Assembly (NCBI RefSeq): GCF_963921235.1
Contig: NC_086108.1
Location: 89,406,001 to 89,470,000 of the forward strand
Direction of reading: 5' to 3'
Length of the DNA: 64,000 nt
Origin: Mobula hypostoma
Lineage: Eukaryota
In this document: piece after piece, positions 62,497 through 64,000 of the stretch
Layout: every line of letters begins with the position of its first letter
Numbering within the stretch: position 1 is the stretch's first letter
Notes under the pieces: generated by a model
The model's input: the letters and a program-made list of their open reading frames with translations, nothing else
Told to the model about the DNA's origin: nothing
Databases searched by the model: none
Program-made: the position numbers and the translations under genes

Positions 62497-63242
62497 GTTT
62501 TAAGATGGTGCTGGTGAAACGCAGCGACTATTTGCCAGTAGCAAACAAAACAAACAAAACTACTAACTACTTTTTTAATCACACTGTTTCTGGTAAAAAA
62601 AAATCAGTGTAATCAATAACCTGCAACTTTCCTTTTGGGGCTGATCTGTTGAACCACCTGTAAGACCTGGCATTTTTGCTGTGTGAGCTCAAGCTTTGTG
62701 GCTTAGCATGTACGGGCCAAACCAAGGTGTTGGGGCCCGCGCCTGAGAGCATATCGAAGCAGCAGGCCCAGGTCCGAGAGCAAGAAATAACCTGGAGCAT
62801 TAATTAATTACTTTTCTTTCTATCTTCTATATTATGTATTGCACTAAATTGCTGCTGCTAAGTTAATAGATTTCATGGCACGTGCTGGTGATGATAGGCC
62901 TGATCCGGTTTCTGAACGTCAGGCTGGGCTGATTGGAAAGGTCAGCGTGTCAGGGATGGGCCGGTTCAGCTCGCTGCACCACGCCATTTCCTCATCTCAG
63001 TGCTGAACTGAGGCTGTGGTCTGCAACTAATGAGCTGCACTGAAGGCTGGCTTTGTGGCTGTGGACTCACTTTCATGAACTTCAGTTCTGAATGTTGAAT
63101 GCTTACTTTTATTTTTGCACGATTTCTCTTTTTTTTCATAGGTTCTATTGGGTTTCCTTGGTCTTTAGCTGCCTCTAAGGAGAGGAATCTCAAGCTTGTA
63201 TATGGCATATATACTTTGATAATAAATGTACTTTGTACTTTG
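62497..63242 (+). mobile_element. Non-coding LINE-derived element (5' UTR-like head + Rex-like 3' UTR)
   Basis: Starts AAGATGGTGCTGG. The tail GGACTCACTTTCATGAAC..GATAATAAA(TGTACTT)n matches 48960-49545. Confidence 0.5.
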
Positions 63243-63689
63243 CAATGATTGACTCATGTTTGTTCTTCTCAACAAGTGAAAACATTCTCTCCAAATCCAT
63301 TCTAGTCAACTCTTGAAGTTTAAAGATAACTATTTATTGAGTCAGACCTCAGCCTTCCTTCCTCATGAGTCCTTCCTTTATAAAAGAACATCACATTTAC
63401 CTTCCCTGCATTTTCTCCTACACTGCCCTCATATCCATTCTGCGTCACAGCCATTGATCGTGCATCCAGTATGGACTAACCAGGGTTTAATTCAGTTAGA
63501 ACATAGGGCATTACAGCACAGGAACGGCCATTCCGCTCATAGTGTTATGTCAAAGCAATTAAGTTAGTAATCAAATGCTCAAGTAACGTAATGCCTCTGC
63601 CTGCTGAAAGTCCATAAAGATGCTGAAGTTATAGAAATTACACATCTTCTCTTGGGCATTGGCTAACTTGATTCCTCTACCTTTTTGAA

Positions 63690-64000
63690 CAAATGATTTG
63701 GATGTTTCAATTGATGACATTGTGGCCATGTTTGCAGATGATTCAAAGATAGGTGGAGGGGCAGGTCGTGTTGAGGAAGCAGGAAGTCTGCAGAAGGATT
63801 TAGATAGATTAGGAGAAAAGGCTAGGAAGTAGCAGATAGAATACAATGTAGGGAGGTGTATGATCACGCATTTTGGTAAAAGGAGTAAATGTGTAAACTA
63901 TTTTCTAAATGGGGAGCAAATTCAGAATTTGCAAAGGGACCTTGGATTTCCACTGTAGAATTCCCCCAGGGTTGATTTGCAGGTTGCAACAGTTTTAAGG
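63690..64000 (+). mobile_element. CR1 RT fragment running off the window end
   Basis: NDLDV..MFADDSKIGG..LQKDLDRLGE. Confidence 0.85.

Noticed and set aside
1..64000. CRISPR arrays, rRNA or prokaryotic operons
   Set aside because: None seen. Short tandem repeats here are LINE tails and microsatellites.

Overview
Eukaryotic, repeat-saturated vertebrate DNA. The mix of CR1, Rex1/Babar, Penelope, V-SINE/HE1-like and Deu-like SINE families suggests a cartilaginous fish, probably a ray (inference). Most of the window is nested, mostly decayed transposable elements: CR1, Rex1/Babar and RTE LINEs; Penelope-like elements (RT + GIY-YIG) with hammerhead-like motifs; two inverted copies of one hAT transposon with TIRs and TSDs; a non-autonomous Helitron; mariner/Tc1 and hAT MITEs; a BEL/Pao relic; two chromodomain-bearing Gypsy deletion derivatives with paired LTRs and TSDs; a second Gypsy gag relic; a retrovirus-like gag-pro-RNaseH relic with a young solo LTR; and several SINEs. 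Nearly all ORFs in the track are TE-derived. No host gene could be named. The non-repetitive islands contain a duplicated ~340-bp element (one copy looks like a 102-nt minus-strand exon, the other is split by ~7.7 kb of insertions), a strong minus-strand splice acceptor with an AG|GT recursive-site signature, and a CTCF-type motif. Boundaries without a TIR or TSD are approximate.
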